From contig DYTN01000002.1 of the NCBI GenBank assembly GCA_020725925.1, positions 44,621 through 108,620 on the forward strand: 64,000 bases of DNA. The letters are read 5' to 3'. Each line of letters starts with the position of its first letter. Positions within the stretch are counted from its first letter, which is position 1. The notes below the pieces were generated by a model. The model saw only the letters and a list, made by a program, of their open reading frames with translations, searched no databases and had not been told where the DNA came from. Positions 17,438 through 29,288 of the stretch are shown here, in pieces. Position numbers and translations under genes: made by a program. This stretch comes from Methanobacteriota archaeon (GTDB lineage: Archaea > Thermoplasmatota > Thermoplasmata > UBA10834).

Positions 17438-20036
17438 TCACTCAGCGTCGTCCTCGGAGCCCTCATCCCCGTCGTCTGACCCCTTCTCTCCGGGCTCGTC
17501 CTCGTCAACCATGTCGCCGTTCGGCGCAGGGCAGCTGGTCAGCGTGCGCCCCGACTCTATCGTCCGCTCCTCCTCGGATGCGCCGACGAGGCGGGCGACG
17601 GCACTGATGGTGTCCCCCTCCTTGAGCTTCATCAGGCGCACGCCCATGGTGTTCCTGCCGAGGACGCTGATTCCCGAGACAGGCATGCGGATGACCATCC
17701 CGTAGACGCTCGTGACGATGAGCTCGTTCTCGTCCTTCACGGCCTTGACGGTGACGACGTCCCCGTTCCTGCCGCCCGTCTTGATCGTGATGACGCCCTT
17801 GCCGCCCCTGCGTATCTTCCTGTACTCCTCCACTGTGGAGCGCTTCCCGTAGCCGTTCTCAGTCACCGTCAGGAGCTGGTCCTTCGAGTCGACCACGGCC
17901 ATGCTGACGACCTCGTCGCCCTTCTGGAGCCTGACGCCCCTGACGCCGTACGTGGCCCGCCCGGTCGGCCGGACATCGCTCTCCATGAACCGCGCGGCGA
18001 GGCCCTTCTTGGTGGCCAGTATGATCTCCTTCGACCCGTCCGTGATGGACGTGTCGACGACCGAGTCGCCCTCGTCCAGCTTGATGGCGATTATGCCGCT
18101 CTGCCGGACGTGCGAGTACGCCGAGAGCCTCGTCTTCTTGATGGTCCCGTTGGCCGTGGCGAACACGAGGTAGCTGTCGTCCGTGAAGAGCTTCACGGGT
18201 ATCGTGTTCACGACCTTCTCGCCGTCCTCTAGGTGCTCGAGCAGGTTCACGACGGGCTTGCCCTTGGCGTGCCTGCCGGCCGCGGGGATCTTGTACGCCT
18301 TGAGCCAGTAGACCCTGCCCTTGTTGGTTATGTACATCACGTAGTCGTGAGAGCATGTGATGAACAGGTCGACGACGTAGTCCTCTTCCTTGGTCTCCAT
18401 ACCCATGAGCCCCACGCCGCCCCTGTGCTGGCGCTCGTATGTGTCGAGCGGTAGGCGCTTGATGTAGCCTGTGTTGCTGATCATCACGACCACGTCCTCG
18501 ACCGGTATGAGGTCCTCGATGTCCATGTCGATCGCGTTGGCCTCGATGGTCGTGCGCCTGGCGTCCCCGAACTGCTTCTTGACAGCCAGCACCTCGTCCT
18601 TGATGACGCCCAGGATCTTCTTCTCGTCCTTGAGTATCGATTTGAGCTCGTCTATCAGCTTCTTCGTGGCGTCGGCCTCGTCCCTGACTGCCTGCATCTC
18701 CATCCCCGTCAGCCGCTGCAGCTGCATCTCGAGGATTGCCTTGGTCTGCTCCTCCGACAGGAGGTACTTGGCCATCAGGGAGTTCCTGGCCTCGTCCCGA
18801 GTCTTGGCCTTCCTGATGATCCTGATGACATCGTCCAGGTGGTCGAGCGCGGTCATGAGGCCCGCGAGGATGTGCGCGCGCTTCTCCGCCTCCCTGAGCC
18901 TGTGCTCCGTCCTCCGCTTGACGACATCGAACCTGTGCTCGACGTAGTACTCGAGCATCTCCTTGAGCGAGAGCACCCTGGGCTGGTTGTTCACGAGCGC
19001 GAGGTTGAATTATGCCGAAGGTCGTCTGGAGCTGCGAGTGCGCGAACAGCTGGTTCAGCACGACCTCCTCGATCGCGTCCTTCTTCAGCTCGATGACTAT
19101 CCGCATGCCCTCCTTGTCGGACTCGTCCCTGAGGTCGGAGATGCCTTCGATGCGCTTCGACTTCACCAGCTCGGCGATCTCCTCGAGCAGGGTGGACTTG
19201 TTGACCATGTAAGGTATCTCCGTGACCACCAGTTGCGCCTTGCCGGAGTCCTCGTCCCTCTCGATGGAGTACCTGGCGCGGATGCGCATCCTGCCCTTGC
19301 CGGTGGCGTACGCCTCCGCAATCCCCTGGGCACCGTAGATGACGCCCCCAGTGGGGAAGTCCGGGCCCTTCACGATCTCCATGAGGTCCCTGAGCTCCGG
19401 GTCCTTGCCCTGGATCTGCATGTCGACCATGAGCGCGACCGCGTCCACGACCTCGCCGAGGTTGTGCGGCGGGATGTTCGTGGCCATCCCGACGGCGATG
19501 CCCTGGGAGCCGTTCACGAGCAGGTTGGGGAGCTTCGCAGGCAGCACGAGCGGTTCCTTGAGGGTGCCGTCGAAGTTGTCTGTGAAGTCGACCGTCTCCT
19601 CGTCGACGTCCTTGAGCATCTCCGCGGCGATGGCCGAGAGCCTGCACTCGGTGTACCTCATCGCGGCGGCGGAGTCGCCGTCCACGCTCCCGAAGTTCCC
19701 TTGGCCGTCAATGAGCGGGTAGCGCATGGAGAACTCCTGGGCCATGCGGACGAGGGTGTCGTAGATGGCCATGTCGCCGTGCGGGTGGAACTTGCCCAGC
19801 ACCTCACCGACGACCCGCGCGGACTTCTTGTGGGCCTTGTTGTGGCCCAGGCCCATCTCGTTCATCGCGAACAGGATGCGCCTGTGGACCGGCTTGAGCC
19901 CGTCGCTGACATCGGGGAGCGCGCGACCGACTATGACGCTCATGGCATAGTCGATGTACGACTTCTTCATCTCGATCTCGATGGGCCTCTGGACAAGCCT
20001 GGTCGCGATGTGTGGCTCCTCGGTTGCGTCGACCAT
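17438..20036 (-). CDS. gyrA: DNA gyrase subunit A, interrupted by a single-nucleotide frameshift near 19005-19012.
   Basis: - N-terminal part (from 20036) carries the GyrA catalytic region: AAMRYTE, GNFGS, PHGD.
- This frame ends at ..TTFGII.
- The remainder ([20 protein letters not shown].. through the six-bladed beta-pinwheel C-terminal domain) is in another frame, ORF 17438..18994. Confidence 0.9.
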
Positions 20037-20046
20037 CCGATATCAC

Positions 20047-22191
<2,145 letters not shown>

Positions 22192-22332
22192 TCAGCCCAC
22201 CCTTGACAGGAATTGACATGATGCCTCTAGCGCGCACGGGGCCCCGGAACGCATCCTGCTGGCCAAGGGCATCTCCATCGCCCTCAATCAAAGGCTTTAT
22301 ACCGACGAGGCAATTAGTGGCCCAGGACACTG

Positions 22333-23598
22333 ATGAGAGGCGCCAAGGGCAGTTCTTTTCCACAGGAAATGAAGGGGATTTCGAAAGACGAGGGGGTTGA
22401 GCCAGACAAGCTAGCCCGACTACTAAAGGCCGGGAGGGCCGTAGTTCCTTCGAACCCGAGGCACAGGGGCCTCAGACCCTGCGCGATAGGCGAGGGGCTC
22501 AGGGTGAAGGTCAACGCGAACATAGGCACCTCGCGGGACTACATCGACCTGAAGGAGGAGCTGGAGAAGCTCAGGGTGGCCGTGAGGTATGGCGCTGACG
22601 CGGTCATGGACCTCAGCACGGGCGGTGACATCCGGGAGATCCGACGGAACATCGTCAAGAACAGCAGGGTGCCTGTCGGGACAGTGCCCATCTACGAGGC
22701 TGTGTGCAAGAGCTCCTCGAAGGGCGGGGCGATGAACATGACGGGGGACGACCTGTTCTCGGCCATTGAGCGACACGCGAAGGACGGTGTCGACTTCATG
22801 ACCGTCCACTGCGGGGTCACGAAACGGACCGCTGGCTCGTTGAAGAAGCACAAGAGGGTCACGGGCGTGGTCTCGAGGGGCGGGGCGATGCTCATCGCTT
22901 GGATGCGGGAGAACGGCAAGGAGAATCCCCTGTTCGAGGACTACGGCTACCTGCTCGAGCTGGCGAAAGAGCACGAGTTCGCCCTGAGCCTGGGCGACGG
23001 GCTCAGGCCGGGCAGTGTCCACGATGCCACCGACGTTCCCCAGCTGCACGAGCTGCTCGTCTTGGGGAAGCTGGTCGAGAGGGCCAGGAAGGCTGGGGTC
23101 CAGGTGATGGTCGAGGGGCCAGGGCACGTGCCGTTGAACCAGATCGAGGCCAACGTCCGGGTGGAGAAGGTGCTGTGCAAGGGTGCGCCGTTCTACGTCC
23201 TCGGGCCGCTGGTGTGCGATGTTGGCGCGGGCTACGACCACATCACCGGTGCGATAGGAGGGGCCCTTGCGGCGTACTTCGGGGCCGATTTCCTGTGCTA
23301 CGTGACGCCCTCGGAGCACCTCTCGCTTCCCACGGTAGAGGACGTGCGCCAGGGGGTCGTGGCGAGCAAGATCGCCGCCCACGCGGCCGACCTTGCGAGG
23401 GGCAGGGAGATGGCCTGGGACCTCGAGATGTCGAAGGCGAGGAAGGCCTTCGACTGGCAGAAAATGTACAGGCTATCGGTCGACCCGGAGAGGGCAAAAG
23501 AGGTCCGGACCAGACGAGGTTCGAAGAGCCCTCAGGTCTGCTCGATGTGCGGCGACCTCTGCGCGATGAAGATCGTGGACGACATGCTCGGACAATGA
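22333..23598 (+). CDS. thiC: Phosphomethylpyrimidine synthase ThiC (short archaeal form).
   Basis: Full-length match to ThiC signatures: GTVPIYEA, HCGVT, EGPGHVPLNQI, DVGAGYDHITGAIGGA, CSMCGDLCAMK. Confidence 0.9.
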   Translation: MRGAKGSSFPQEMKGISKDEGVEPDKLARLLKAGRAVVPSNPRHRGLRPCAIGEGLRVKVNANIGTSRDYIDLKEELEKLRVAVRYGADAVMDLSTGGDIREIRRNIVKNSRVPVGTVPIYEAVCKSSSKGGAMNMTGDDLFSAIERHAKDGVDFMTVHCGVTKRTAGSLKKHKRVTGVVSRGGAMLIAWMRENGKENPLFEDYGYLLELAKEHEFALSLGDGLRPGSVHDATDVPQLHELLVLGKLVERARKAGVQVMVEGPGHVPLNQIEANVRVEKVLCKGAPFYVLGPLVCDVGAGYDHITGAIGGALAAYFGADFLCYVTPSEHLSLPTVEDVRQGVVASKIAAHAADLARGREMAWDLEMSKARKAFDWQKMYRLSVDPERAKEVRTRRGSKSPQVCSMCGDLCAMKIVDDMLGQ

Positions 23599-23603
23599 GC
23601 CGT

Positions 23604-24554
23604 TCAGAGCGACAGGCCCATCGGGAGGCGCATGACGGCTCCGACCAGGAGGTACACGATCCCGGCCGCGATGACGGCCAGGATCTCTGAAAGCACGGCC
23701 TCCCCCGTGGAGATGTCGTTCGCAACGCTGATGGCTCTGCTTGCGATTGTGACGAGCCACACCAGGCCGACCAGGGCGATGAGCAACAGGACGCCGCCCG
23801 CGGCGATTGCCTGGTCGAGCTCATCAGGGGTCCAATCCTGGACATCTGTCATGTCGAGGCCCTGGAACCCCACGGTGAACAGCACCAAGAGCACGATCTC
23901 CAGGAACACGTATGCAGGGTAGACGTAGCCGAGGAGGGTGAGGGTGGCCGTACGCTCACCCCTCCCGCCGAAGATGTTCTTGGCGATTACCGCGGCAGCG
24001 ACGCCGAACAACAGGAAGGCGAGCAGCGAGATCACCCAGCTGACGAATCCCTGGAATGCAACCTCCAGCGCGTCGCCCGTGCTGTATCCCAGCACCTCGC
24101 CCATGTCGGCCGTCACGAGCGTGCTCACCACTGCGGACAGGATCGAGAACACGACGACGATGGCCAAAGCCCTCTGGAGGTTGGTGGACAGGTAGAGCGA
24201 CACGCAGGCCTTGGTGGGAGAGTACAGGATCCTGACGAGGTCCGCGAAGTCCGGCCTCGGCGCGTGCTTCGGCTGCATGTAGAGCCCGGGGTAGTGGCTG
24301 ATGTGGACGTGCGGATGCGCGGGCGAATGGAAATCCGAAGGCGGTATCTGTTCGACGAAGTGCGCGGGGAGCGCCTGCCTGATGGTGGTGCCGCACCTCG
24401 GGCAGTTCGTGACGCCGGTCCCATCCCCCAACGACTGGAGATAGCCAGACGCTCTGAACCCGCACGACGGACATGCGATGTCGTGCGCATACACGACGGA
24501 CTCTGGGATCATGCCTTGGGCCAATCGTGTCCAGAGGATATGATTGTTGCCCAC
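23604..24554 (-). CDS. Yip1-family multi-pass membrane protein with an N-terminal double zinc ribbon.
   Basis: - N-terminus CPSCGFRASG...CPRCGTTI.
- Then 5 TM helices with a Yip1-like pattern. Confidence 0.65.
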   Translation of the reverse strand: MGNNHILWTRLAQGMIPESVVYAHDIACPSCGFRASGYLQSLGDGTGVTNCPRCGTTIRQALPAHFVEQIPPSDFHSPAHPHVHISHYPGLYMQPKHAPRPDFADLVRILYSPTKACVSLYLSTNLQRALAIVVVFSILSAVVSTLVTADMGEVLGYSTGDALEVAFQGFVSWVISLLAFLLFGVAAAVIAKNIFGGRGERTATLTLLGYVYPAYVFLEIVLLVLFTVGFQGLDMTDVQDWTPDELDQAIAAGGVLLLIALVGLVWLVTIASRAISVANDISTGEAVLSEILAVIAAGIVYLLVGAVMRLPMGLSL

Positions 24555-24573
24555 GGCCGTCGGGGAAAATCAA

Positions 24574-24675
24574 TGGAGCCACTGGAGGGTATTGAACCCC
24601 CGGCCTGCGGTTTACGAAACCGCCGCTCTTTAGCGGCACGCGCGAGAGCGTGTGCAACCGCTGAGCTACAGTGGC
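24574..24675 (-). tRNA. tRNA-Thr (anticodon CGU) with encoded CCA and a ~29-nt insertion (putative intron) in the D-loop region.
   Basis: - Reverse complement: acceptor GCCACUG/CAGUGGC + U + CCA.
- Anticodon arm GCGGU-UUCGUAA-ACCGC.
- T-arm GGGGG-UUCAAUA-CCCUC.
- D-stem GCUC...GAGC is interrupted by a GC-rich hairpin (GCACACGC-UCUC-GCGCGUGC). Confidence 0.55.
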
Positions 24676-24814
24676 AGGCAGGTTGTTGTGAAGATTGTCT
24701 TGCTAGTTAAGGCTTTTGACATTTGACTTGTTCGATTGGGCGCATCCAGTCACGCCGCGGGAGAAACGAATGTCTTTTTATGAGTGGCACATTATCTACC
24801 ACGGGTCGCCCTGA

Positions 24815-26974
24815 ATGGTCACAGACCTCCGCATACCTGAGGGAATCGTCGTCCGGACCGCAAAAGGCGGTTCGGAGTCGCTCAAGACGATATTGGCAGA
24901 CCTCAAGCAATACAGCTTCACCGGCTACGTCAAGGTCACTCTGGAGAAGGAGATAATGAGCTCCATCGGATACCTTGTCGTGGAGCAAGGCGTCCCCGTG
25001 ATGGCCATATACGAGTTCGAGAAGTCGAAGCCGAGGGAGCTCAAGAGGATATACACTGGTGAGAAGTCGCTCAGGTTCATCCTGGAGGATTCCCAGGACA
25101 AGGCATCGAACATCGAGCTGCACAGCAGGGTCCCGAGCGAGGAATTCGAGAGGCGGTTCCCAGACTCCCGCCTTGCCGAGGCCCCAGTGGCCGCAAGGCC
25201 CTCTAGGGCCGAGACCGAGCGCGTCATCGAGGAGGCCGTGGAGGAGCCGGAGCAGGTGGACGCGCAGCGCGAGATCATCGAGCTCTGGCGCAGGAAGGGC
25301 TTCAAGGTCGACACTCTGGAGGAGGCGCTTGAGGAGGGGCCGCAGGCGCTGACGACGGAGCTATCAGCGTTCGAGCAGGACGCCCAGAGGCTGAAGCAGT
25401 TCGAGGTCGTGCTCAACAACTTCCCCGTGCTCGGGCACGAGGAGGAGATCCAGGAGATCAGGACGAAGCTCGACGACCGCACGAGGATAGCGGAGATCGA
25501 ATCGGACGTCGAATTCCTCCAGGAGAAGATCCGCCGGAAGATCCAGAAGCGCAAGGCCGATGAGGAGTCCATCCGGCAGGAGATGGAGAAGAAGAGGCAG
25601 GAGGAGAAAGCTGCCGATGTCTACGACCTGATCCTGCGCTACCAGACGCAGCCCGAGGAACAGGTCGAGAAGAGGTGCCCGAGGTGCGGGGGGCCCGTGG
25701 GCCCGGACGGCAAGTGCCCGAAGTGCAGCGTGGCAGAGGAGGCGCCCGCGCCCAGCTTCGTGAAGCCCTTGCCGGAGGGCATGAGGTTCGACAACTTCGT
25801 CGTCGGCCCGGGCACCAAGTTCCCCGTGGCCGCAGCCGTCGCCGTCGCCGAAGCTCCCAGCAAGACCTACAACCCGCTGCTGCTGTTCGGAGGCTCGGGC
25901 CTGGGGAAGACCCACCTCATCACCGCGATCGGCATCCAGGTGAAGCAGAGGTCTCGGAACGCCAAGGTGAACTACGTGCCCGCGGACAGGTTCGTCGAGG
26001 CGATCGGGCAGGCCCAGGACGACGCCCTGAGGAAGAGGATCCGGGAGGACCTGAAGCGCTCGGACCTCCTGCTGGTCGACGACATGCAGTTCCTCGCGGC
26101 CAACGAAAACGCCCAGCTGGAGATGGCGCAGGTCATCGAATACCTGATAGATGCAAAGAGGCAGGTCGTGTTCGCGAGTGACAGGCTCCCGGCGCAGCTG
26201 CCTGGCTTCAGCGACAGGCTCAACTCCCGCATAATGCTCGGGCTAACAACGGACCTCCCACCGCCCGACATGGACACGAGGGTGAAGATACTGAGGATGA
26301 AGGCCCAGGAGAAGGGCCTGAAGCTCAGCGACGAGATCATCGGCTACATCGCCGAGAGGGTCACGACGAACGTCAGGGAGCTGGAGAGCACGCTCACCAA
26401 GATTGTCGCCTTCTCATCGATAATGAAGCTCGACGTGGACCTGAACCTCGTCTCCGACATACTGAAGCCCTTGGCCCCCGTCCAGGAGACGAGGAAGGAG
26501 ATCATGAAGGAGGTCAAGGCGTCGCCAGGGCACTGCTACATGATAGAGGAGGAGAGGCCGCTGTACAGCAACGTCCTCCTCGGCAGGAAGATGGACGAGG
26601 GCTGTGCCGGCCTGGTCATCACCCGCCTCAACCCCAAGCGCCTGAGGGACGAGTTCAAGGTCGCCCCCGAGATACTCTGGCTCACGGACAAGGAGAGCTC
26701 CCAGGAGAAGACCGTCCCACCGTCGCTCGAGATGCTCATCCACACGATCCAGGAGTTCATGGAGACCGAGGAGAAGGGCATGATCGTCCTGGACGGCCTC
26801 CAGTACCTCGTCAGCAGCACCAACTTCGAGGCCGTGCTCAGGTTCCTCAGGAGCCTGATTGACGAGATCTCGGAGTCGAACTGCATACTCGCGCTGTCGA
26901 TCAGCCCCGAGACCCTGAAGCCGCAGGAGGTCTCCATCCTCGAGCGGGAGATGGAGGTCCTCAACCTCACTTGA
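24815..26974 (+). CDS. DnaA-family AAA+ ATPase (domain III/IIIb complete; no DnaA domain IV) embedded in a novel archaeal architecture: DUF4388-like N-terminal domain, acidic linker, internal zinc ribbon, DnaA-like AAA+, C-terminal DUF835/KaiC-like P-loop-less domain.
   Basis: - Walker A NPLLLFGGSGLGKTHLITAIG.
- Walker B LLLVDDMQFL.
- SDRLP..FSDRLNSRIMLGL, with the arginine-finger Arg retained.
- Box VIII/sensor II TTNVRELESTL.
- Collinear with E. coli DnaA residues ~130-370 at roughly 35-40% identity.
- Zinc ribbon RCPRCGGPVGPDGKCPKCS lies just N-terminal of the AAA+ core.
- C-terminal 170 aa (HCYMIEEERP..GLVITRLNP..IVLDGLQYLV..) resembles the DUF835-like gene at 46785..47381. Confidence 0.8.
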   Translation: MVTDLRIPEGIVVRTAKGGSESLKTILADLKQYSFTGYVKVTLEKEIMSSIGYLVVEQGVPVMAIYEFEKSKPRELKRIYTGEKSLRFILEDSQDKASNIELHSRVPSEEFERRFPDSRLAEAPVAARPSRAETERVIEEAVEEPEQVDAQREIIELWRRKGFKVDTLEEALEEGPQALTTELSAFEQDAQRLKQFEVVLNNFPVLGHEEEIQEIRTKLDDRTRIAEIESDVEFLQEKIRRKIQKRKADEESIRQEMEKKRQEEKAADVYDLILRYQTQPEEQVEKRCPRCGGPVGPDGKCPKCSVAEEAPAPSFVKPLPEGMRFDNFVVGPGTKFPVAAAVAVAEAPSKTYNPLLLFGGSGLGKTHLITAIGIQVKQRSRNAKVNYVPADRFVEAIGQAQDDALRKRIREDLKRSDLLLVDDMQFLAANENAQLEMAQVIEYLIDAKRQVVFASDRLPAQLPGFSDRLNSRIMLGLTTDLPPPDMDTRVKILRMKAQEKGLKLSDEIIGYIAERVTTNVRELESTLTKIVAFSSIMKLDVDLNLVSDILKPLAPVQETRKEIMKEVKASPGHCYMIEEERPLYSNVLLGRKMDEGCAGLVITRLNPKRLRDEFKVAPEILWLTDKESSQEKTVPPSLEMLIHTIQEFMETEEKGMIVLDGLQYLVSSTNFEAVLRFLRSLIDEISESNCILALSISPETLKPQEVSILEREMEVLNLT

Positions 26975-26998
26975 CCGGCAAAGAACACAGCTGAGGGT

Positions 26999-28630
26999 TC
27001 ACGCGGCCTTCTTCATCATCTCTTTGAACTCGCGCATCTCCCTGACGGCCTGGGCGTAGTCCCCTGACTTCATGAGGTTCGTGGCGGACTTGAGGACGGT
27101 GAGCATCGGGGTGATGTTCACGTTCCTGACCTTGGCCTCGAGGAGGTCGTCCCTTGCCTTCTTCATCTCCTCGTTCATGCGCGAGGGGATGGCCTTGCCC
27201 AGGCTCTCGTTGGCCGCCCTGACCGTGTTGTCCATCTTGTCAAAGTCCTTCTGGTCGAGGGCCTTCTGGGCGTCCAGGAGCAACCGCCTGGCCTCCTTCG
27301 TGTCGACGATGAACAGCTCGCAGTCCGAGACGAACTGCCTCAGGCCGGTGATCTTCTTCTTCGATTCGTTGTACCTGCCCGTGATCGGCAACAGCTCCTT
27401 CGAGACCTTGTCGGCGTAGACGAACGCGGCCTCGATGTCCCCCGAGGAGCGGGCCCTCGCGACCTCTTGGATGTATGTGGTCGCCCTGGAGATGTCCCCT
27501 CCGAAATCACGGGCTATCTTGATCTCCTCGTTCAGTTGGATTATGCTCTGCGCGAGATGCGCATCGATCCTCCCCATGAGGACCGTCTTGGATTTCTGAA
27601 CGAGCTCGATGGCCTTGTCTATCTGCCTGTCCCTTCCCGCCTCGGCCGCCTCGTCAATGAGCTGCTTGCTCTCCCCGATCTCGACCTCCTTCTCCCTGGC
27701 GACGGCGAGAAGCGGTTTCATCTCTGCGACCATCCTCGCGAGGTCCCTGCCCTTATCCCTGACAGGGGGCGCGGCTGGGACGGCAGGGGCGGGCGCCGGC
27801 GTCGGAGCCTCCTTGACAACTCTCACGGCAGGCGCAGGTGGTGCTGGTGCAAGTGCCGGAGCGGGCTTCTCCTTCACGACGGGCTTCTCTGGCTTCGCAG
27901 GCGCAGGCTTCGGTGCCGGCTCTGGCTCCTTCTTGCCCAGCTTCCACCGGCCGAACAGTCCCTTCTTCTCCTCGGCCTTGGGCTCCGGGGGAGCGGCTTT
28001 CTCCACCCTCTTCGGCGGCGCCTTCACCTCTTCGACGGGCGCCTCGATCTCCATCTTCGGAGTGGGTGCGGCAGGCGCGGCCTCCTCGGGCTCGACAAAC
28101 ACCGCCCCGCAGCCAGGACATGACTCCGCATCCATGCTGACGAGCGTGTTGCACGCGGGGCACTGGAACATGTCGGCCCCCTCCTCCGCGAAGAGCACTC
28201 CGCACTTGGGGCACGCGGTCGCCGTGGTCTCGACGGTAGCGCCACACTGCGGGCACTCGAAATACTCGACCGCAGCCGGCTCCTCGACGGGCTTCTCCTC
28301 GGCCACGGGTGCGACCTGCACGACCGGAGCAGGCTTCGGGGGCTCGGCTCTCACGAGCTCCGGCGGCTTGGGCGGGGGCTGTGCGACAGGAGGCGGTGCC
28401 GGCGCCTCTCGTTGAGGTGGTGGCCTCGAGAGTATCTCGTCCACCCTAGCCTCGACCGACAACTTCGGCGGGGGCGCAGGCGCGGGCGCGGGCTCAGGGG
28501 CCTTCTTAGGTGGCTCTAGGTCTATCTCAAATATGGACAGGTCGGTCCCGCAGAACCCGCATTTCTTCGATCCGGGCTGAAGCGGAGAGTCGCAGATCGG
28601 ACAGAGCCTATCTCCGCTGGATTCTGGCAA
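26999..28630 (-). CDS. Multi-zinc-ribbon protein with Pro/Ala-rich linkers and a C-terminal alpha-helical repeat domain.
   Basis: - TTG start 9 nt after AGGAGG.
- N-terminus CPICDSPLQPGSKKCGFCG, CPQCGATVETTATACPKCG, CPACNTLVSMDAESCPGCG.
- (PAPA)n low-complexity stretches.
- C-terminal ~270 aa of helical repeats. Confidence 0.65.
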   Translation of the reverse strand: MPESSGDRLCPICDSPLQPGSKKCGFCGTDLSIFEIDLEPPKKAPEPAPAPAPPPKLSVEARVDEILSRPPPQREAPAPPPVAQPPPKPPELVRAEPPKPAPVVQVAPVAEEKPVEEPAAVEYFECPQCGATVETTATACPKCGVLFAEEGADMFQCPACNTLVSMDAESCPGCGAVFVEPEEAAPAAPTPKMEIEAPVEEVKAPPKRVEKAAPPEPKAEEKKGLFGRWKLGKKEPEPAPKPAPAKPEKPVVKEKPAPALAPAPPAPAVRVVKEAPTPAPAPAVPAAPPVRDKGRDLARMVAEMKPLLAVAREKEVEIGESKQLIDEAAEAGRDRQIDKAIELVQKSKTVLMGRIDAHLAQSIIQLNEEIKIARDFGGDISRATTYIQEVARARSSGDIEAAFVYADKVSKELLPITGRYNESKKKITGLRQFVSDCELFIVDTKEARRLLLDAQKALDQKDFDKMDNTVRAANESLGKAIPSRMNEEMKKARDDLLEAKVRNVNITPMLTVLKSATNLMKSGDYAQAVREMREFKEMMKKAA

Positions 28631-28805
28631 CTAGAAATGCCTCCTCTGGGGTGGTAGCTCCACTCTACGATATGCCTGGATAAATAGTTAATCGTTTTGA
28701 TTTCTCGATTCGATAATGATTCGACCGCAGGCATTGACTCGCCTGGCTGGCTCGGGGAGAAACCTATTTCCATCAGAGCGTTGATGCGAGCCCGAGGGGG
28801 TCGAG

Positions 28806-29288
28806 ATGGAACTGAAATCGGTGAAGGTGGAGTTCCCCGAGACCGCGAACGTGATCATCGGTCAGACGCACTTCATCAAGACGGCGGAGGACCTGTACGA
28901 GGCGATCGTCACTGCCGTCCCTCAGGCGAAGTTCGGCCTCGCGTTCTGCGAGGCGTCAGGACCATGCCTCATCAGGACGGAGGGCAACGACGACAGGCTG
29001 ACGAGGATCGCTGCGGATAACGCCGAGAGGATAGGTGCAGGGCACACTTTCGTGGTGGTCATGGAGAACTCGTACCCGATCAATGTGCTCAACAGGATCA
29101 AGGGCGTCCAGGAGGTCTGCTCGATATTCTGCGCGACCTCGAACCCTGTTGATGCCATCGTGGCGGAGAACGAGCGCGGCAGGGGGGTCGTCGGCGTCAT
29201 CGATGGCGAGAAGCCGAAGGGGATAGAGACTGCGAAGGACGCCGAGGACAGGAAGGCCTTCCTGAGGAAGATTGGCTACAAGAGATAG
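28806..29288 (+). CDS. Conserved small archaeal protein, possibly COG1839/PF04008 (annotated in databases as adenosine-specific kinase-like).
   Basis: 160-aa ORF beginning MELKSVKVEFPETANVIIGQTHFIKTAEDL. The family assignment is from memory and should be checked. Confidence 0.45.
   Translation: MELKSVKVEFPETANVIIGQTHFIKTAEDLYEAIVTAVPQAKFGLAFCEASGPCLIRTEGNDDRLTRIAADNAERIGAGHTFVVVMENSYPINVLNRIKGVQEVCSIFCATSNPVDAIVAENERGRGVVGVIDGEKPKGIETAKDAEDRKAFLRKIGYKR

Noticed and set aside
17859-18990. Continuation of the gyrA N-terminal frame for ~370 codons past the frameshift
   Set aside because: The translation is Arg/Gly/His/Gln-rich nonsense produced by GC bias. True GyrA sequence resumes in the other frame.
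27750-28460. Repetitive GC-rich nucleotide tracts (GCGGGCGCCGG..., GGTGCTGGTGC...)
   Set aside because: These are the coding (PAPA)n low-complexity linkers of the zinc-ribbon protein 26999-28630, not a CRISPR or satellite array. No regular spacer/repeat periodicity.
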